This document shows positions 5,391 to 9,366 of a stretch of DNA of 9,366 nt, in pieces (positions within the stretch are counted from its first letter, which is position 1; every line of letters begins with the position of its first letter). The notes beneath the pieces are model-generated. The model saw only the letters and a list, made by a program, of their open reading frames with translations. It was not told the DNA's origin and ran no database searches. The position numbers were made by a program, and so were the translations under genes. Where the stretch lies: the NCBI GenBank assembly GCA_964426185.1, contig CAYRPF010000025.1, positions 8,249-17,614 on the forward strand. The letters run 5' to 3'. This stretch comes from an uncultured archaeon (GTDB lineage: Archaea > Asgardarchaeota > Lokiarchaeia > Sigyniarchaeales > Promethearchaeaceae).

Positions 5391-7808
5391 ATGGAAAAAC
5401 CTGATAGGATTTCTCCTGAAGAATTTAAAGCACAATTTGGAAGTCGTTCGTCTTTTTTTATTAATTTTAAGGATATATTTCTGAGAAACTTTGATCATTT
5501 TTCCATGAAAACAGCATATATTTCATGGAAGAATGACTTTGGATATTTATCTCAACATCTAAATTCTGCAAAATTGCAAAAAGACTTTTTTCTACGTGTT
5601 TCTTATGTAATATGGATATTCCTTCAAATTGGGAGACAATTAGATAAGTCATTTGGATTTAAAGATTATTTACCATTCAATTTCAAGCCGTTTCAATTCT
5701 TATTCACTCTTTCATTTATAAGTGAAAGAACTTCTTCTGAAAGTTTGCCTCAAAAAGTTCTTCCTTATCAAAATTTCAAGGATGAAGATATGTTTGCCGA
5801 TTTTCTCAGTGATATTCTCTCTTTAGAAACATTGGAGGAAAAAGGTATGTTTTTTACACCTAATTATCTCGCCAAATGCCTAATAGAACAAATTCTAAAG
5901 AGAGATTCATCTCATTTGTTAAAAACACCATTAATTGATCCTACATGTGGAACAGGTGCCTTTCTCCAAGAATCATTTAAAACCTTCTTTCCACATGCAT
6001 CAACATACTCCCATTTCACTCCATTCTATCAAGAAATCTATGGAATCGATGAAAATCCTGCTGCTTTATTAGCAACCATCTTAAACCTCTGGATTTTAAT
6101 TGTAAAAAAATATGGCCCTATCAAAGAAAAAGAAGAACTCTATTCATTTTTCCAAAAAAACTTTATATGCACAGATCTTCTCACATTATTAGGGAATCCG
6201 AAACAGATTTCTCATTTTCCTCGATTTTCTACTGCGTGTGGTAATCTACCTTGGAATGTGTTGAATAACATTCGAACGGCTTCTTTACGTGAACAATTGC
6301 TAAAGCTGGCAAATTTCTATCAAATCAGAATGACATGGAAAAATCAGTCGAATATCGAAATAGCCACTATTTTCTGGGAAATAATTAGAACAAAACTAGT
6401 AATACAGGGAGGTATCATGGCATTTCTCCTTCCTACCAGTTTATTGACAGGATCTCAACATGCAAAATTCCGGCGATTTTCAGGATTGCAAGAAATTCAA
6501 GCATTTCAAATATATCCTGATTTTTTTCCAGTACATTCAATGATTCTTATTTGTGAAGTAGAAAATTCGAATATACTGGAGAGTGAAGAAGATCATTCTC
6601 AATTTTCACCTAAATATGTTCAAGCGAATAAAATTGTCTTTCAAAATTTTATTGAAAGAAAAAATCATATGAAATCTAATCCGTCTTATCATGTTAACCG
6701 AATAGGTAGTTTCGCTCCCAGTTCTTTCAAAATCTACCGAAATCAACCTCTAGTAAGCAAATACGATTTTGAGCCAAAGTATCACCTCCAACTTCCAATT
6801 TCACCATCAGATTATGCTTCTTGCGTGCACAGAGGTGTGGATATTACCCCAAGGCAATTGTTGTTTGTTCAATCTTCTCTTCATTTATCCCATTTTTCTG
6901 CAAAAAGCCAAGCATCAAGATCAATAGAATTAAAGGAATTTAAAGAATCAAAGGAAACAAAGGAAACAAAAATAACGAAAATATTGATTAATCCGGTTAT
7001 TCAGCGGTTTTCTTCCACCCACAGCAAACGTTGGAATAAAGTAACTTTTGCTCCCACCCAAGTTGAAAGTAATTTCATACATCCAATAATTAAAAGTACC
7101 GATTTAATTCCCTTTTCTGTTCAAGCATTTCATGAGGCTTTTCTACCCATCCAGCTTGAAGATGATAAGTATATAATTTTAGATGAAAACCAATTACCAT
7201 TACTTGCGCGACACCATTTTCGAAATATTTCACAACTTTACCTAAAATATCGTAATCCAAAAGGACGAAACAAAACAATATCTGATAGTCTTGGATACGG
7301 CCAGAAAATCTCCAACCTTGCTTTAACTTCTACCCTCAAGGTTATATATCCCGTAGGTGGAAGTTATACAAAAGCAGCTATAATAAGAAATCCCAATTGG
7401 ATAATTGACGTAACTTTTTATTATTTAACCCCAGATAACGAAAATGAAGCATATTATCTTTTGGCATGGCTTAATTCTGAAATTTTAAATCGTAACTTAC
7501 CCCGAGTGTGTACAGTTGGGGCAAATGGATCGATCAGGGTTATTCATAAGGCACCCTGGCAATTTCCACTTCCAAAATTCGGTTCTCACCCTTTGACTTA
7601 TAAAATATCTCATATGGGAAAAAAAATGGAACAGCGCGCCTTTGAAATATACAAAAACAATGAAATAGATACAAAAATTCGTCGAAATCCCAGTAGTAAT
7701 TGCGTTTCATTAACCAAAATTTACAAACTTTTAAAAAATGATGAAGAATATCAAATTCTGCAATTACAATTGGGAAATTTACTGAATGAATTGATCACGC
7801 TTCCTTAA
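5391..7808 (+). CDS. N-6 DNA methylase family (gamma-class, Eco57I/TaqI-like) SAM-dependent methyltransferase with probable C-terminal target-recognition region
   Basis: GMFFTP (motif X), DPTCGTGAFL (motif I), IYGIDEN, GNLPW (motif IV variant), GGIMAFLLP, C-terminal YYLLAWLNS. No evident nuclease domain. Confidence 0.85.
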   Translation: MEKPDRISPEEFKAQFGSRSSFFINFKDIFLRNFDHFSMKTAYISWKNDFGYLSQHLNSAKLQKDFFLRVSYVIWIFLQIGRQLDKSFGFKDYLPFNFKPFQFLFTLSFISERTSSESLPQKVLPYQNFKDEDMFADFLSDILSLETLEEKGMFFTPNYLAKCLIEQILKRDSSHLLKTPLIDPTCGTGAFLQESFKTFFPHASTYSHFTPFYQEIYGIDENPAALLATILNLWILIVKKYGPIKEKEELYSFFQKNFICTDLLTLLGNPKQISHFPRFSTACGNLPWNVLNNIRTASLREQLLKLANFYQIRMTWKNQSNIEIATIFWEIIRTKLVIQGGIMAFLLPTSLLTGSQHAKFRRFSGLQEIQAFQIYPDFFPVHSMILICEVENSNILESEEDHSQFSPKYVQANKIVFQNFIERKNHMKSNPSYHVNRIGSFAPSSFKIYRNQPLVSKYDFEPKYHLQLPISPSDYASCVHRGVDITPRQLLFVQSSLHLSHFSAKSQASRSIELKEFKESKETKETKITKILINPVIQRFSSTHSKRWNKVTFAPTQVESNFIHPIIKSTDLIPFSVQAFHEAFLPIQLEDDKYIILDENQLPLLARHHFRNISQLYLKYRNPKGRNKTISDSLGYGQKISNLALTSTLKVIYPVGGSYTKAAIIRNPNWIIDVTFYYLTPDNENEAYYLLAWLNSEILNRNLPRVCTVGANGSIRVIHKAPWQFPLPKFGSHPLTYKISHMGKKMEQRAFEIYKNNEIDTKIRRNPSSNCVSLTKIYKLLKNDEEYQILQLQLGNLLNELITLP
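6933..6983 (+). repeat. Degenerate 9-bp in-frame tandem repeat encoding KEF-KES-KET-KET-KIT-KI
   Basis: AAGGAATTT AAAGAATCA AAGGAAACA AAGGAAACA AAAATAACG AAAATA. Two perfect copies at 6951-6968. Confidence 0.75.
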
Positions 7809-8739
7809 AAAATTGCTTGATTCTCTCCACCAAAATTGAAGTATTGTAAAATACAGTGGAAAGATGCCCTTCATCAGCGAATAAGCTAAGATTTGCATGT
7901 TTAATCTGACCTGCCAGTTTAATTGCCATGCTGTATGGTAAGATTTCATCACTTTCACCGTGCCAAATTTCAATTGGAATTTTGGGATTAATTTCCGATA
8001 AATTAAATCCCCATGGTGATAAATATATTGAAGCATCTTCGGTGACTGGACGAGTGCCGTGCATGAAAGCTTCATACATTAATCGGGAATAAATTTCAAT
8101 ATTTTCACGATTTTGGAAAATAAATCTATCTTTTTCTGAAAATGATCGAACATCTCGGATGGTTGCCTTTAACGCTTTATTTTCAGTATTATACCTACGA
8201 GTTAAAAACATCCATAAGCCAAATGACATGAGTTTTTTTGAAAGTCGTCCCAATCGAAGCCCAATTCTAAATAACGGCTCAATCCCATGTAGATCATTAT
8301 CTATAGGTGCCACTCCTGAAATTGTGATTATTCCCTTTAATCGCTCAACTGGGAGATAACGGCCGCAAACTAGTGCATAGGGTGCACCTCCAGAGATTCC
8401 CAATATACTGAATTCTTCGATTTCCAAAAAATCTGCTAATTGAATAACATCCTGAGGCCAATCGACTAATTTTCTCGGTGAATAGAATGTTGATTTACCC
8501 ATTCCAGAACGGCTAGGAGCGATTACACGGAAACCTTCTTTCTGGGCAAATGGATGAATAAATCTTCCCTCAGCACCACTACCTGGAAATCCATGAAAAT
8601 ATAATACAGGAAGCCCATTTGGATCTCCAAATTCATAATATGATAGTATTCTATTATCTTTGAGTTCACAGGTTTTGCTAACTGGAAATATTGAATTCAT
8701 TATTCTCGTAGATTTTATAATTAGGATTAGCATTAACAA
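7795..8739 (-). CDS. Alpha/beta fold hydrolase
   Basis: YFHGFPGS oxyanion motif, GISGG nucleophile elbow, WHGESDEIL (Asp), EGHL (His). The ATG at 8700 is the likelier start. The 3' end overlaps the MTase by 14 bp. Confidence 0.92.
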   Translation of the reverse strand: MLMLILIIKSTRIMNSIFPVSKTCELKDNRILSYYEFGDPNGLPVLYFHGFPGSGAEGRFIHPFAQKEGFRVIAPSRSGMGKSTFYSPRKLVDWPQDVIQLADFLEIEEFSILGISGGAPYALVCGRYLPVERLKGIITISGVAPIDNDLHGIEPLFRIGLRLGRLSKKLMSFGLWMFLTRRYNTENKALKATIRDVRSFSEKDRFIFQNRENIEIYSRLMYEAFMHGTRPVTEDASIYLSPWGFNLSEINPKIPIEIWHGESDEILPYSMAIKLAGQIKHANLSLFADEGHLSTVFYNTSILVERIKQFFKEA

Positions 8740-8796
8740 TTATCCATTCCTTAAAAAATTAAATTCACTGAAATCAATATAATAATAAGAGTATTC

Positions 8797-9366
8797 ATGC
8801 ATATTTATGATAGAAGCAAATTTGGGGCCTTATTTGATGCACACATTCATACATATTACGATCTACATGATGGAATGATAACTCCCGATGAATTGATCAA
8901 ATGCACCTTAAAATGGAAATTTAATTGGGTTATAGCCATGGCTCATGACACCTTAAGGGGCGTTAATAAAATACGACAACTGGCTAATCGAAAAGGGCTG
9001 CCAACGCTTCCTGCTATGGAAATTTCGACCGGCTATAATCATATTTTAGCATATGGTGTGCAAGAATGGCATTTGGCAAAAGATTCATGGAACCCAGAAG
9101 AAGTTATTGAAATCTTACGTGAACAAGATTGCGCAATTTATCTCTCTCATCCAGGAATTAATCCATTTCAAGGATATTGGACACCAGAAATTGTCAGACG
9201 TTTGGATATTGATGGATTAGAATGGATTAACGGTTCAAATTTTTTCTTAAACAATCGTACTCATAGATGGTTTAAAGATTGGCATAAAGGAAAGATAGCT
9301 GGCACGGACGCTCATCATCCCAGTCAATTTGGTTTTACTCACACTCAAGTTATGACCAATACCGTT
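8797..9366 (+). CDS. PHP-domain metal-dependent phosphoesterase (truncated by window end; not in ORF track)
   Basis: Manual translation of 190 codons with no stop: MHIYDRSKFGALFDAHIHTYYDLHDG...IAMAHDT...AMEIST..NHIL...LSHP...GLEWING...AGTDAHH. Confidence 0.88.
   Translation, partial: MHIYDRSKFGALFDAHIHTYYDLHDGMITPDELIKCTLKWKFNWVIAMAHDTLRGVNKIRQLANRKGLPTLPAMEISTGYNHILAYGVQEWHLAKDSWNPEEVIEILREQDCAIYLSHPGINPFQGYWTPEIVRRLDIDGLEWINGSNFFLNNRTHRWFKDWHKGKIAGTDAHHPSQFGFTHTQVMTNTV

Noticed and set aside
5376-5393. TGA readthrough or selenocysteine fusing DsrF to the MTase (TGA-AGT-GGC-AGA-TCG-ATG is in frame)
   Set aside because: The TGA falls at the normal DsrF C-terminus and not at a conserved Cys position. 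In-frame spacing is expected about one time in three. No SECIS could be identified by eye.
4226-7808. Known DNA phosphorothioation (Dnd/Ssp), BREX or complete restriction-modification system
   Set aside because: No cysteine desulfurase, PAPS-reductase-like protein, ATPase, PglZ, HsdR/HsdS or nuclease genes are in the window.
402-8359. Short track ORFs 402-596, 912-1133, 2214-2396, 3211-3402, 3293-3592, 5467-5652, 7090-7278, 7779-8075, 8159-8359
   Set aside because: All overlap well-supported genes in alternative frames or antisense and show no recognisable motifs, so they are treated as shadow ORFs.

Overview
AT-rich (about one-third GC by eye), gene-dense window that looks archaeal; an Asgard/Lokiarchaeia-like origin is plausible but is inference. 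It opens with an exact 27-bp tandem duplication, followed by an RdgB/HAM1 XTP/dITP pyrophosphatase, a 47-aa zinc-ribbon ORF on the minus strand that the ORF track missed, and a ~7-TM membrane protein. A tightly packed seven-gene plus-strand run follows: V4R/MetOD1-like protein, agmatinase-family ureohydrolase, deoxyhypusine synthase-like protein with a non-eukaryotic active site, three DsrE/F/H (TusBCD)-fold proteins, and a large solitary amino-methyltransferase with an atypical NLPW motif. The window ends with a convergent alpha/beta hydrolase and a truncated PHP-domain gene, also absent from the ORF track. The best candidate for an undescribed system is the seven-gene run linking polyamine chemistry, a sulfur relay and a variant methyltransferase. 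Functional coupling cannot be shown from one window.
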